Positions 1 through 16,512 of a DNA stretch of 64,000 nt are shown piece by piece; the stretch's first letter is position 1; every line of letters begins with the position of its first letter. This DNA comes from the human T2T-CHM13v2.0 reference genome, Homo sapiens: assembly GCF_009914755.1 (NCBI RefSeq), contig NC_060941.1; one strand, given 5' to 3'. The translations under genes were made by a program, and so were the position numbers. The notes beneath the pieces are model-generated. The model saw only the letters and a program-made list of their open reading frames with translations, was not told the DNA's origin and did not search any database.

Positions 1-1054
1 TAAATGTATTATTACAGTGAGGGGATTTTAGATACACCAGGAGAGCTATCTGAAGAGAACCAACAGGAAATCTTAGAGTATTAACCACCTCCTTGTTAAT
101 ATGGTCAAAATTCTCTACCCCCTCCTTTTTATGAGTGTGGACACACCCACCACCAGTGATAAGAGGACATGGATGGAGGCCAAATGAGAGTGCACTGGGT
201 GGCTGAACTGAGCTGGGTCTTTAGAGGCCATCACTAAAACCACCTGGCAGAGAGCACCACGAAGGGCCTTCGACTACAGGAGGAAAGAATGCTAAGCATG
301 TCCAGGGGCAGGAAACAGCTATTGCAGGCCCAGGCGAGACAGGAGGAAGGGAAGAGGAGCAGGTGTTTGATGCTGCATGGATGCATCAGCGTCCGCGAAG
401 AGACGTCTGGGTGAAGAGATGAATGTCTCACTGCACCTGCAGAATTGGGCAGAAACTCCTCCCAGTCTCCATGATGGTGCTGTTTCCGTTGGTATTTGAG
501 TCCTGGCTCACTGCATTTAGAGGAGCTGCTTGCTGCTGTTGTGCCTTGGGAGAAGTGGAGGTGGAGAAGTGGGCAGATGAGGTTCAATGCTCTTCACCAC
601 CTCAGGAGGAAGGCGCAGGGGGAGGTCACAGAGCTGGGACACGTGGAGTGGGCCTACACCCAGTCCCACCCTGGGGTCTGGGATAGCTGCCCCACACTGC
701 CCTGGGACGCCCTGAAGAAGGGATAATAGAGAACAGACACCAACATGTGAGACCTGGAACCTCAGCCTTCTGACAATTTTTTCTATACTATCAGGCAAAA
801 AACTTCCCTCTTCTAGGAGCCCACAGCCTCCCGGAGGGCTCTCCAGGCCTCACACAAAAACTCATTTTATCACAGTCCTGAAGGAGGTACACAATTCCTG
901 AAAGTAACAGACTAAACTGTACTTGGACTATAGGACACCCTCTTCCAGGAGCCATGCCTTACAACCAGCAACTGCGAGGCGCCATTTGGCTGTCTGCACC
1001 CTGTGCTGGCCTCTGAAGGGCAATGGTGGAAGCCAACAGTTGGAGGAAGTCTAG

Positions 1055-1442
<388 letters not shown>

Positions 1443-1580
1443 GGAACAGATTTTAAGGCAGTTGTTTATCAGCTTGAAAAACACGGATTTTTCAACCCAA
1501 ACCCATTGAATAAATTTCTGGGTGGAGAGATTAATGTTCCCTAGGTGAATCTGATAGTTAAAACAGTTCAACTTCTGACT

Positions 1581-1860
1581 GCCACGGTGACTCGCGCTGT
1601 AATACCAGTACTTTGAGAGGCTGAGCTTTGAGAATCACTTAAGCCCAGGAGTTCGAGAACCAGCCTGGGCAACCTAGTGAGACCCTATCTCTACAGATTT
1701 TTTTTTTTTTTTAAATTAGGCCTGGTGGCTCATGCTCATGGTCTCAGCTACTTGGGGGGCTCTGGTGAGAGGATCACTTGAGCCCAGGGGGTCAAGGCTG
1801 CAGTGAGCCACGATCGCACCACTGCACTCTGGCCTGGGTGACAGAGTAAGACCCTATCTC

Positions 1861-1885
<25 letters not shown>
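1581..1885 (+). mobile_element. Alu (AluJ-like)
   Basis: Diverged Alu with polyA tail. Confidence 0.85.
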
Positions 1886-1893
<8 letters not shown>

Positions 1894-2900
1894 TCCTGAA
1901 ACAAAATATACTCTGACTACTTAGGAATATTTGTCTTTAATTAAAAAAAGTTTTTAAGTTTACTGCTGATATGGGGGTGTAATGAAGAAAAAAATAGAAA
2001 AAACATTTTAAGTTAAATCCAGGGATCAAGGCGTAAAAGCAAGGTGACTGAAAATAACTAAGAAAGCGAGAGTTGACTGATGCCCACCCTTCGGCACTCC
2101 CTGACACACCCTTCCTGTGGTCCAGCCCTTGGGAAAGACACAGAGGCACCAGGTCCTCAAACTGATATGGCCCCAACCTTGACCCACCTCTGCTCAGGTG
2201 GTCCAGATCCCAGCCTGGGCCAGTTTCCATGCTGACAAGAACAAGGCCCCGGGCCAGTTGCTGTCACAGTGGCAAAGAGCAGATCCCGCCAGCACGCATC
2301 CTTGGGAACCTGGTGGACATGGTTTCGCCACCTTGAAGACTTCCAGGCAGGAAGGCCATGCTGTGGCCCTGAGAACCCGATGCTCAGAGCTGTGACTAGA
2401 AGGGAGCGAGCTGGTGTGAAAGCGTGGCTCTACCCACGCGGAAACCTCAGAGTCTGAGAAAGAAGCATGCCGGCAGAAGGAGGCATGCCTGCTTGGCCCC
2501 ATTCCTCGGCCATGGTCCTCGGGACCCTGGTGCTCCCTGCCCCTCCTTCATCACCTCCCTGCAACTGCGAATGCACAGAAGCATGACATAACCTTGGGGC
2601 AGCAGAAAGCTGCTGCCTCACTCCTGCCACAGCTCATGATCCGGAGCCTCACCCCTACCCAGCGCAGCAGTGGCCCCCTTCGCGCCACACTCCCCCAAAT
2701 GCCAAGCCTTGGCTGCTAATCAACAGCCACACTCTGAAAATGCACCGTACCTTCCTAGGCAGACTCATGCTGAAAAGGAGCCACTCAGCAGTGCTATTTT
2801 TAAAAATGCAAATATGGTAGGAAAAGGCAGTAAAAATAACACACAAGAGCCCTGATCCAAGGCCAGTTGTTTCCCCGGGGGCCAAGTTCCCACTGAAGTG

Positions 2901-2953
2901 GGAGCAGGGGGCTATGGAGGAGCAGGGGGCTATGGAAGTGCAGGGGGGCCTAT
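2901..2953 (+). repeat. 18-bp tandem repeat, ~3 copies (GGAGCAGGGGGCTATGGA)
   Basis: Seen directly. Confidence 0.85.
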
Positions 2954-3945
2954 CTTCCCACAGTGGTCCTGGCTTCCTGCATCGTTTTGTTTTCCTAATA
3001 CCTGTGATTTTAGATCAATCCCAGTGGCCAGAAATGTTACAGACTCGCCCACATCTTTACCCAAACACACCACCGAGCAACCCTACATGCAGGCCAGGAG
3101 AACCTACACTAGAGGCACTGGCAGGTTTCATGACCCACCCTGGAATGACTATGTCAAAACAATGATGATTCTCCACTCCTTACAACTCTGTAACTACATC
3201 TTTGCGAGACAAACTGGGCTGGGGCGCTGCAGACATTTCTTTTTCACAGAGAAGCAGGAGCTTGATAAAGGCATGGGAAGCCAAGGAGGAAGAGACACAA
3301 GACGTCCTGGGATCGAGTGCAAGCTGGGGTCTTGCACCACCAGGTGTTGGTCCTGCCAGCATTCAAAATCGGCCTGCCACACACTGTTTATGTCTGTGGC
3401 CACAGAAAGCCCGAGACAGGCTGACCCCAGTGAGTTGGCAGGGACGGCCTTGTCACTCACCCCCCTAGACTTCCAAATGCTAACCTTGACAGTAGGAGTC
3501 CTCCCTTTCTTCAGCCCCCCACATCCCTGCAATTAGGTCAGGACAGGATCAGGTAGTCTGCTTTCTAAGCCAAGATTTCCAACAAAAATAAATACAAACA
3601 CATAGCAGCATGTATTTGGGCTGAGTTCCTGGTAAAAGGCATGGATGGGAAAGTGAACAGGACTCAGCACCACCCATTTGCTAAGTGGGTGCAGTCCATC
3701 AGTACTGCAGACTTCGCTCCAAAAGGCCGTTGCTCCTCTGACAGGAAATGGGAAACTCACAGCTACAGTGAGCTCCCTAGAGCTGAGCCCAACCGTAGGG
3801 AAACACTGCAGAAAGAAGTGACGGCCTGCTGTCAGCGCTCATGGCTGACACCACATGGTCACCATTCTTCCAGATACTGAAACACTGGAGTCACCCACAT
3901 TAAAGACACTAGAGCATGGAACATAATTTGAGTGACTATTTTCTT

Positions 3946-4299
<354 letters not shown>

Positions 4300-5254
4300 T
4301 TACAACTGGTAACTGATGCCTTGGGACTGCTGGCTGAGAAGGGCTTGTGGCCTTTCTTTCATGGAGTAAATGCCACGTGCTTCCCATTTCTCCCATCCTG
4401 GCTGGCTCTATTTCCCTCAGTCACTGGGTCCCAGGAGGAAGTCAACAAGTCGCTGGCCAGGAGTCTGGAAAAGACAAGATGACGCCACCAGACTGCATCT
4501 GAGGACCCATCCCCTCTCCAATGGATCTGCATCCAGAGTGCTCAAGGACCACAAATCCCAGGTGGAGGAAAATGGGAAGATGGAGATGTCTCAAAGGATC
4601 TGCTGTGTCCTTCCTTTAAGGGACAACCAAGCCACAGGAGGGTCAGGCAGGCCTGTGGTGATGTTTTTGACACCTCTATGTGTGATAAGTAATGGGACGT
4701 GTGCTAAGTAACCCCAAAATGCTAGTTCTCGTGGCCTCTCTCTCCGGCTTTTCCTCAATGGCTCCCAACTATTTCAGTCACTCCACTCATTCACAGCCTG
4801 AGTGGTCCTGAAAGGGAAGATGATGTGTGGAAGCACGACCTAAATGAACAACACGGGGAGAGGGCATGGGCAAAGGGCGGCTCACTTTAACCTGGCTTTT
4901 CCCAGGCTGAGCTCAAGTCCCATCTCTCCTCCAGCAAGGGCTTGACACAGACACAACCTGCTCTGTCATAAGGTCTGGGCACCCAGTGGCCTCTTCCTCC
5001 CGTTCATCATATGCTGTAGACCATCCATTCAGTTGTTCCCTCGCCCATTCAGCAAACTGAATAACCACTGGGTGGGCAGACGCTGTGCCAGATGCCAATG
5101 AAACATCTGGAACACGAGACAGTCCTGCAGGTGTCCGAGCAGGACGGAGGTTCCATCTGCAATGAAGCCGAGGCACGCCAGGCTTGGGGAGGTGTGGCCA
5201 CCACAGGGAACAGCCATGGCTCAAATGTTCCCCCAGATAGCTGCACCCAAGTTT

Positions 5255-5470
5255 CTGCTCAGATGTCACCTCCTCAGAAGGGCTTCTCTGGCCACCCTGT
5301 CTGGAATTGCTCCTCCTCATTCTCTATCCACCTGCTTTATTTTTCTTCACAGCACTTACTGTTCCCACACCTGCAGTCTGTGTGCCCCATGGGGGTTAGA
5401 ATGTGAACCACACAAGGGCAGGCACTGGGCACCAGTGCACCCCAGCAAGTGCCTGGAACACAGAAGGGTG
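5255..5470 (+). mobile_element. L2 LINE 3' remnant
   Basis: CAGATGTCACCTCCTCAG...AGCACTTA...AGTGCCTGGAACACAG resembles the L2 3' end. Confidence 0.55.
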
Positions 5471-5808
5471 CCTCTGAGGAGTCACTAGAGACAGCTGAAG
5501 GAAAAGCCATGGGAATTGGGAACAAGTGTCAAGAAAGGAGTGGCTAGCAATGCCTGATGCTGCTGAGAGATCCAGTGCCACGGGGAAGTGTCCCTGCTGA
5601 CCTGGGCTCAGCAGTCCCAATGGGTGGCGTGGGCAGAATCCCCAATGGCGGGGCCTGGAGAACATCTGGCAATGCAGGAAACAGGAATCACAGCATGGAG
5701 CTCATTCAGGAACTACGGCTGAAGAGCAGGAAAAGGAGGAAGAGGTAGGTGAGGGGGTGGATGTGGGCTGAGGAAGGGTCTCTTTTCAAGACATTAAAAA
5801 TGGGGTCA

Positions 5809-6352
<544 letters not shown>

Positions 6353-6477
6353 TCAGGCCCAGGACATAATTGATAGAGGTGGCCTACGGCACAGTGTCCG
6401 CAAAGGAACCAGAACACAGGAGAGGAGACTTCCTCTCTTCACACCAGGTGGCTCTCAGCTACTTCCAGGTTGGGTTC

Positions 6478-7094
6478 TTTTTTTTTTTTTTTTTTTTTTT
6501 TTGAGACGGAGTCTCGCTCTGTCACCCAGGCTGTAGTGCTAGTGCAGCGGCGCGATCTTGGCTCACTGCAAGCTCCACCTCCCAAGTTCACGCCATTCTC
6601 CTGCCTCAGCCTCCTGAGTAGCTGGGACTACAGGCCCCCGCCACCATGCCCAGCTAATTTTTTTGTATTTTTAGTAGAGACGGGGTTTCACCATGTTAGC
6701 CAGGATGGTCTCGATCTCCTGACCTTGTGATCCGTCCGTCTCGGCCTCCCAAAGTGCTGGGATTACAGGCGTGAGCCACCGCGCCCGGCCTTTTTTTTTT
6801 TTTTTTTTTTGAGACAGAATTTAACTTTTGTTGCCCAGCCTGGAGTGCAATGGCACAACCTAGGCTCACTGCAACCTCTGTCTCCCAGGTTCAAGCGATT
6901 CTCCTGTCTCAGCCTCCCCAGTAGCTGGGATTACAAGTGTGAGCCACCACACTCTGCTAATTTTTTGTATTTTTGTAGAGACAGGGTTTCACCATATTGG
7001 CCAGGCTGGTCTCGAACTCCTGACCTCACGTGATTCGCCCACCTCAGCCTCCCAAAGTGCTGGGATTACAGGCGTGAACCACCGTGCCCAGCCC
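6478..7094 (-). mobile_element. Two tandem reverse Alus (6478-6790, 6791-7094)
   Basis: Two polyT heads, each followed by a full reverse Alu. Confidence 0.9.
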
Positions 7095-7095
7095 A

Positions 7096-7900
<805 letters not shown>

Positions 7901-8607
7901 TTAAATAATAGTTTAGCTTAATTGTATCAAAACAATGCATGCCTAAGTTAAAAAAAAAACATAGTACTAAAAGGCTTAACAAAAAAAGGCAGTCCCCCAT
8001 CTTACCCTCTCAACTGTGCTCTTTTGAAGCAAATACTTTTTAATTTTTTAGCTGTTTGAATATTTACCTCCATACATATAAACAACATGCTTGCACCCTA
8101 ATTCCTAACTTATTATAGACATTATCTATTGACGTCCTGTTTTGGTACCTGATGACCTAACTCTTACCCTCCCCTCTGAAGCCCTTTGCCTGTACTCCAT
8201 CCTTTCAACAGTTCCACTGCATTAATTGAAAAATCTAAATGTGTTATGATGGAGGACAGAGCTCACAGCTGAACCAAGTGGTGTTCCGTGTCCTCACACA
8301 ACTATGTACATATTGATACTTTTGTCAAATACCTATCCATAACTTTTCTAAATATCTTCAAATTACCTACAAATTATCGATCAGGTATCTTTGGGCTTTG
8401 TGTCTTTTTCTTGTCGATCTCTCTCCCTCCTGCAGAATTCCATCCTGTCTCTCTAACTCAGACTTTCCTCTGCCGCTCATCTGTGTCAGATCCCGTTTCC
8501 TGGATCCTGGGAAAAGTCCCTGGTTTTGGTGAAGAACAACTCCTTCTATCTCCTCCCCACAAGAGGTTCACAGGAGGCACTTTTTTTCCAGCCCTTACAT
8601 GCCTAAA

Positions 8608-8886
8608 AGGAGGGTCTCACTCTGTCACCTAGGCTGGAGTGTAGTGGTGTGATCATGGTTCACTGCAGCCTCAACCTCCTGGGCTCAAATGATCCTCTTA
8701 CTTCAGCCTCCTGAGTAGCTGGGACTACAGATGCACAACACCACACTTGGCTAATTTTTGTATTTTTTTGTAGAGACAGGGTTTTGCCATGTTTCCCAGG
8801 CTGGTCTCGAACGGGGCTCAAGCGATCCTCCTGTCTTGGCTTCCCAAAGTGCTGGGATTACAGGCGTGAACCACCATGCCCAGCCA
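8608..8886 (-). mobile_element. Alu (AluJ-like)
   Basis: Reverse Alu consensus. Confidence 0.85.
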
Positions 8887-11274
8887 AAAGAACTTTTTTC
8901 TACTCTACTTGACGTAGTTGGGCTGGATACGGAATTCTCTCAGAATGTTGCAGGATTTGCTCTGCTGTCTTCCAGTCTGAGTACCTGTCTTAACTGGCAC
9001 ATATAATTGTTTACTTTCATTGTGATCCATGTGGATTTATTTCTACTACCTTTAGGGCTTTCTGGCTACCATATTTTTTCTTTGCTCTCTTTCTTTTAGA
9101 CAAATGACCTAGTTTTAAAATTCCATATTTTTACCCTCTGTGAGTTTGAAAGCTTTAAACACTATTTCTATTCTTTTGGTGGTTACCCTTAAAATTGGAA
9201 CATGTCTACTTGACTCAGAAAGTTTGAAGTCAATCAATATCCCTCCTACACTTCCCAAACAGTTCAAAGAACTTAAGAGTGTGTTCATTCAAATCACCCC
9301 CTCACTGATTTCCATTTTTTGTTGGGACTTTGGTTTTTAATCCTCTCCAAATTAGTGACGATCACTTTCAGAAGCGAATGCTTATTCAGATTTACCTGCA
9401 CTTCCCAACGCCTCTGGATACCATTACTGTCCGCATTTCTCCTTTCTCCTTACTTCCTTCTTCCCGAAGTACAGCGAAGGTCTCTTAGTAAATACAACTT
9501 TTTTTTTTTTCTGTGAAAATGTCCTTATTTGTTCCCATTATTGAACGATAATTTAAGCTGGTTGCTGAAAACTAAGCCAACAACTGATTTTCCTTAGCAC
9601 ACTGAAGATTTTACTTCCTTATGGCCTCTACTGTTGCTACTTGGCATTTCCTGAGTTTCACTGTTGAACATGGGGAGTAATCTGCCTTTCTTCTCAAGCT
9701 GCCTTTAGGATGCTATTTTTCCCACTGGGCCCTCATACCACCATCCATGTTTGTAATGTCTCTTCCTCACAAGCATCTCTTTTATCTCTGCAGAATTCTA
9801 ACTAACTTCTGCAGATCTGTTTTCCAGTTCCCATAGTTCTCTCTTGAGAATTTATGCTATTTGCTGTTTAACATTTCCACTGGGGTTTTAACTCAATGTT
9901 TTCACTCTAGAGGCTTTATTTGATTCTTTAAAAAATAATCCCTTTTAAGATGTATTCTGTCTTATTCTTTCCTTTGACATCTATTTCTTCTTTTAGCCCT
10001 TCAATCACTTTAGACATTTCTATTATAATCTCTTCTATTATTTGAATTCTCATGTTGAGAATCTTGTGTTTGTTGTGATCGCTGACTCATGTTCTAATTT
10101 CTACATGCTTGGTAATTTCCTAGAACAAGCTCATCATCTGTGGGCATCCTAGGATTCCAAAAGGCCTGTACTGTGCAAGGGTCACTCTAGAAAAGTTCTG
10201 CCTTTGTTCTGCAAGCAAGAAGCTTCAGGGGTATCGCCAGTCTGCTGGCTGGTCTGGTGCCAGCTCGGGCATTCCTGCAACATGTAGATGTTATAAACAC
10301 AGACTTAGAACTTGGATGTTTTCCACTGTTCACAGAAGACTTCCTCCAACACAATCCAGAGTGTGGGGCAATGATCAGCTCCCTTGACATTTCTCTGATC
10401 CCATGGGGGAAATTTTCTTGCATCCCTTTTACCTGGGAATGGCTCTTTTGAGGGGATTTCTGTTTCAACTCCATGCTTCACGTGTTCATGCAAATCCAAA
10501 CCTCTATTATTGTTAGGGTCGATTTCAGGGTCCAATGAACCCACCTTGCCCCTCCCCAGAGCTGCCTACTCTGCTCTGGCTTTATATTCCTGCTTTGCTT
10601 TCGGTTCTCTGTTTTTCTTTCTTATTCTGTTGTTATAGCTTATATAGCATTTTAAGTGATTGTAATGGGAGCGGTTCTAACTTTAGCTCAAGCTACCATG
10701 TCACTGAAACAGGAAATCCACCCCATTGTCTTCTGGCTTCCAATGAGGTTGAAAAATCCAATCCATCTTCATTCCCAGTCTTTTGTATGTGACCCGTTTT
10801 TGCTCTTCGGAAGCTTTATGCCCAGTGCTCTGGAATCACACAATGTGCCACAGGACATTTTCCATTTACCATTTTTGAAACTTATGACTGTCCATTCTGA
10901 AATAATTCTTGTTTCTCTGATACATTATGGTCCTTAATTTTCCCTTTCTCTCTTTATAGACTTCCTAGATGTCAGACGTTTTTAATCTGTTTCCTGGGAG
11001 CCTTCGTCAACTTCAAAGAAAAAGTAATGGTTTTAATTTCCGAGAACTCTTTCTTGTTCTGATTTTTATAGTAACTTTTTATTTCATGGATAAAATATTG
11101 GCTCTTCTTTCTGAGTATATTTGCCATGTGCTTTAAGGCTTTCTCCTACCTGAATCAGCTCTGATTCCTCGGAGATACATTTTTCTCTTTGCTTTCTCTG
11201 GCCTCTACCTTCCATACTGGAAGCTTTCTGAACATATCCAGTTATTCTTGGCATCCATTCCTATTTAAAAGTGA

Positions 11275-11840
<566 letters not shown>

Positions 11841-11843
11841 GTT

Positions 11844-12228
<385 letters not shown>

Positions 12229-12929
12229 TTAGATGGAGTAGAAAGCTGGCCACTGCTGTGAGGAGCCACTACATACTGGCAATGGCAGGTCTTGTTGCTG
12301 ACATGCTCATTTTTTCCAGACTGGAATCCAATGCCATGCCTCATGCCTGGTCTCAGCACTCCAGGAGCAGGCAGGGGCATGGCTGGGATTTGCTCTTTTA
12401 GTGTGCAGACGTTCATGAATCCCTCTTTCAGTCCAGCGTTACCCTGCCCCTTGCTCTGCCCAAGGTACCTCAATCTGGTGCATAAGCCTCTGCTCTCTCA
12501 CTCGCCAGCAAAGGGGATTGAGTATTTTCTGGTTTGCAGAATTCAAAGAGATGACTTGGGAAGTTTCATCCCTCCCTATACAGACTGTCAACTAATCATA
12601 ATCCCTCTGCTTTTAGGCCCAAACCTTATTCCCACCTTGAGTGCCACCAATTGCCTCCAATTCCTGATGCTTTCTAAAGTGCTTTTCCTTGGTGTTTTTC
12701 CGCAGGTACCAACATTTCAGCCTCTGCTCTGCTCAGTCTTCTGTTTGCCTTCCACCTTCTAGAAATTGGAGATCTTTTGTTATTGTTTTCTCTCCCATTC
12801 TGTGTCCTTGTGGGTTTATACATCTAAAAACAATTATTTTGCTGTTATTTTAGCAGAGTTTCTAGGGGAAGTAGATTTAAATGAATATGTTCAATCTACC
12901 ATGTTTACCTAAAGTATGCTAACCGAAGA

Positions 12930-13731
12930 TTTTTTTTTTCAATTTGAGAGCAGGTACTATTTATTAACTGACCAGATTAGAAAAATAATCACGGTAGACA
13001 CCGCAGTTCATTCTTCTAAGAAGCCTGTGGATCTGGCCCTCCCTGTTGGCAGCAGCTCCATTTTCTACAAAATGGGTGGTCTTTTTCTTCATTCCACTTT
13101 GTGGAGAGGATAACTTGAAGGGCCACAGTATAGAGCTCATGAATCAGATCCTCGATGCAGATGATGCCATATTGACCATGAGACTGATCAATCAAAGTGT
13201 TATCTGTCAAAGCAATTCGCTTCTTATTGATTTTGCCACGGCCATGCTTGTAGATGAGTTTATTTACTGATTTCAGATTTGGGTTCCCCTTGTAATACAT
13301 GGTTTCACAATCCTCAGCATGTTAACTGAAGGTCTGCTGAACTTCACAAAGGTTCCATTAAAGATCTGACAAAGGCAAAGAAGCTGCAACATCTTTTGGC
13401 CCTTTGGGCTCACACCACTGATACCTCTGACCCTGATGACAAATGCCAATTCGGGTTCTGCAGGCACAAAAAAGTTGCCAGCTTTTCTTGCCATCCTAGC
13501 CTTTCAAATTTCAGTTCTGTACATCTGCCTAGATTCCTTGTGGTAGTGCTTCACTTCTTCGTGCATAAGTTTCCTCCCTGCCTTTTGAAGCATCTTTTGG
13601 GCAAACTTCTTATTCAGGTGCTTGATCTTTAGTTCTGTGAAATTCCTTTGCTTTTTCCCAAGGGTTTCTGGCACAACAGGAAGCTGCTGCTTCTCTTCGA
13701 CACCCTCCATGGTTCCAGCCAAAAAAGAGGC
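12930..13731 (-). pseudogene. Full-length processed pseudogene of ribosomal protein L7 (RPL7/uL30)
   Basis: Three broken frames give MEGVEEK...[36 protein letters not shown] and [28 protein letters not shown]. Intronless; 5' TOP tract CCTCTTTTTT; ATG 13710; premature TGA at 13504; AATAAA 12965-12960; polyA 12939-12930. Degenerate TSD AACCGAAGATTTTT / AACCGGAGGTTTTT with a TT|AAAA site. Confidence 0.95.
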
Positions 13732-13779
13732 AACCGGAGGTTTTTAATCTTTGTTTTGCAAAGTACTTATATACAACTA

Positions 13780-14099
<320 letters not shown>

Positions 14100-15364
14100 G
14101 TCAACAAAACCCAGGAAATCACAAATTCAAAAATTAGCCATCCTTAGTTCAGACATTCACCTACTCACCAATTCATTTTGATGGACTCTCCTCATGTTGC
14201 TATTCTGAGATGTGAAATAGTGGGTAGGGAAAAGAAAGACTAACTATTAGGGCCAGACACTGTGGCTCACACCTGTAATCCCAGGAGCTGGGAAGCCCAG
14301 CGGGGGGGACTGCTTGAAACCAGGAGTTTGGGACCAGCCTGGGCCAAGACTCCATCTCTATGAAAAAGTAAAATTAAGAATAAAAAATTTTAAAAAGAAC
14401 AGCTCCATTAGAAACTCCCCCAGACACCTGAAAGGGCCACACATCCGCTCCTACAAATGGCTTTTTGTTTCAAATGTTAAAGAAAGTTTAAGTCCCATGG
14501 ATTGCTGTGATCTAACCATGACAGTCAGAACTGATCCAGGCTTAGGGTGGAAGACACTCCCTGTCAGTGTCACGCAGCAGGCATGGATAAATCAACACTT
14601 TACACACTCACAAAATTAGATTAGATTCTTAAAAGGCTAAACTAAAAACAATCACTGAGAAAGTCACCAAACATAAATAGCAGCACATGTGCCCCTCAGC
14701 AGACAGCCACACAGCATGGAGAATCTGTGAGGCAGCAGCAGCCAAGAGCCTTTGGAAACTCAAGGCCCCCTATCGCCAGGCACACACACCCGACACTCTC
14801 ATGCACATTTCGGCACAACCATGTCTTAGACCCGTCAAACTGCTACGGAAAGGACTCAGTTATCAAAGTACGTTCCTGTCAATCCACAAATATTTCATCA
14901 TCCCACTGTGTAAGAAGTACTATAATTGTACTATGAGAGAGACTCAAAAGAAATAGATTGTATGGTCTCCGCCTTAGAAAGACTTATACCCAGCATGCCA
15001 CGGTACATGTGACTGGTAAATATTTGAAAGCTTGCCCACTGTCCAAGAAAACCTATTTAGCAACCCCTTTCTCATCCTAGGATGCTTGTGGAGCCCCAGA
15101 TTTAAAACAATTACATCTGTGTTCCTGGAAAGACTTAGGACTTAAAGCCCTTTCAGTTTCTAAGGGTCTTAAGCATACTGAAATAGGAAAGGGGGTTAAA
15201 TCCCAACATAATGCAAAATGGCTAGCACAGATCCCAATGACACTGACAGGCACCTGCCACAAGAGGTAGCCCACCTGCGAGACTCCATGGGAGAGAGGGA
15301 AGATCCAAATGCAGGGTGTAATAAGCAGACCAACAGAAAACTCAGTTCAAAAATAAGCACAGGA

Positions 15365-16194
15365 CTTATTTGAATAAACATTTATCTAAAGAAGATATAC
15401 ACATGGCCAATAAGCACATGAAAAGATGCTCAGCATCACTCATCACTAGGAATGCATGCCAAATCACAATGCAATACCCATGCATGCCCACTAGGATGGC
15501 TATAAACAAAGTGACAGTCACAAGCATTGGTGAGCATGTGGAGAAACTGGAACCCACCAACATTGCTGGTGGGTATGTAAAATGGTGCAGTTGCTTCAGA
15601 AAGCAGTTTGGCAGTTGCTCAAAATGCTAAACATAGATTTACCTACCATACGACCCAACAACTCCTCTCCTGGGTATAATATCCAAGAGAATTGAAAATA
15701 TACATTCACACAAAAACGTGGACTTGAATGCTTATAGCAGCATTATTCAGAATAGCCAAAAGGTGAAAATGACACAACAACAAATGTCCATCAACTAATG
15801 AATGGATACACAAAATGTGATCTATCCATATGATAGAATATTATTCAACAATAAAAACAAATGAAGTACTGATACATGCTACAACATGGATGAACCTTGA
15901 AAACATCACGTTAAATAAATCAGTCACGAAGGCCACATCTAGTATGCTTCCATTTATATGAAATGTCCAAAATAGGCAAACCCACAGAGACAGAACATGG
16001 CTTCCAGGAGTTGGGAGGGGTGCAGGGAAATATGGTATGACTCCTAATGGGTATGAGGTTTCTTTTTAGGGTGATGAAAATGTTCTAAAATTAGATAGCG
16101 GTGATGACCGTACAACCGTTTGAGTATACTAAAAACCACTTGAACTGCACACTTTAAAAGGGTGAATTTTATGGTATGTGAATTGTCTCAATAA
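15365..16194 (+). mobile_element. L1 (L1MB-like) ORF2 C-terminus and 3' UTR
   Basis: Translation NKHLSKEDIHMANKHMKRCS...VEKLEP...GGYVKW is the L1 ORF2p C-terminal region; the 3' UTR ends TCTCAATAAA. Confidence 0.9.
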
Positions 16195-16221
16195 ACCTTT
16201 TTTTTTAAGAGATGGGGTCTC

Positions 16222-16512
16222 GATCGCTTGAACCCAGGAGGTGGAGTGAGTATTGCGCCACTGCATTCCAGCCTGGGTGACAGAGCGAGACTCCATCTCA
16301 GAAAAAAAAAAAAGAGAGAGAGAGATGGGGTTTCGGCCAGTGCGGTGGCCTGTAATGCCAGCACTTTGGGAGGCCAAGGTAGGAGGATCGCTTGAGGAAA
16401 GGAGTTTGAGACCAGCCTGGGCAACATAGTGAGATGGTGACTCTACAAAAAACTTAAAAAGAAATGAAAATTAGCCAGGCGTGGCGGTGCGCGCCTACAG
16501 GCCCAGCTACAG
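16222..16512 (+). mobile_element. 5'-truncated Alu right arm (16222-16320) and Alu left arm (16335-16512)
   Basis: TSD AGAGATGGGGT(C/T)TC around the truncated copy. Confidence 0.75.

Noticed and set aside
2898-3536. 212-aa ORF with a spidroin-like GAGGYG start
   Set aside because: The Gly-rich start is just the translated 18-bp repeat, the start is GTG, and the remainder has no protein-like signal.
8900-11250. Long T-rich stretch as a novel element
   Set aside because: Strand-biased composition fits very old antisense L1 decay; too degenerate to assign by eye (needs Dfam/RepeatMasker).
15370-15630. 86-aa ORF as a gene
   Set aside because: Degenerate L1 ORF2p fragment, recorded as a mobile element.
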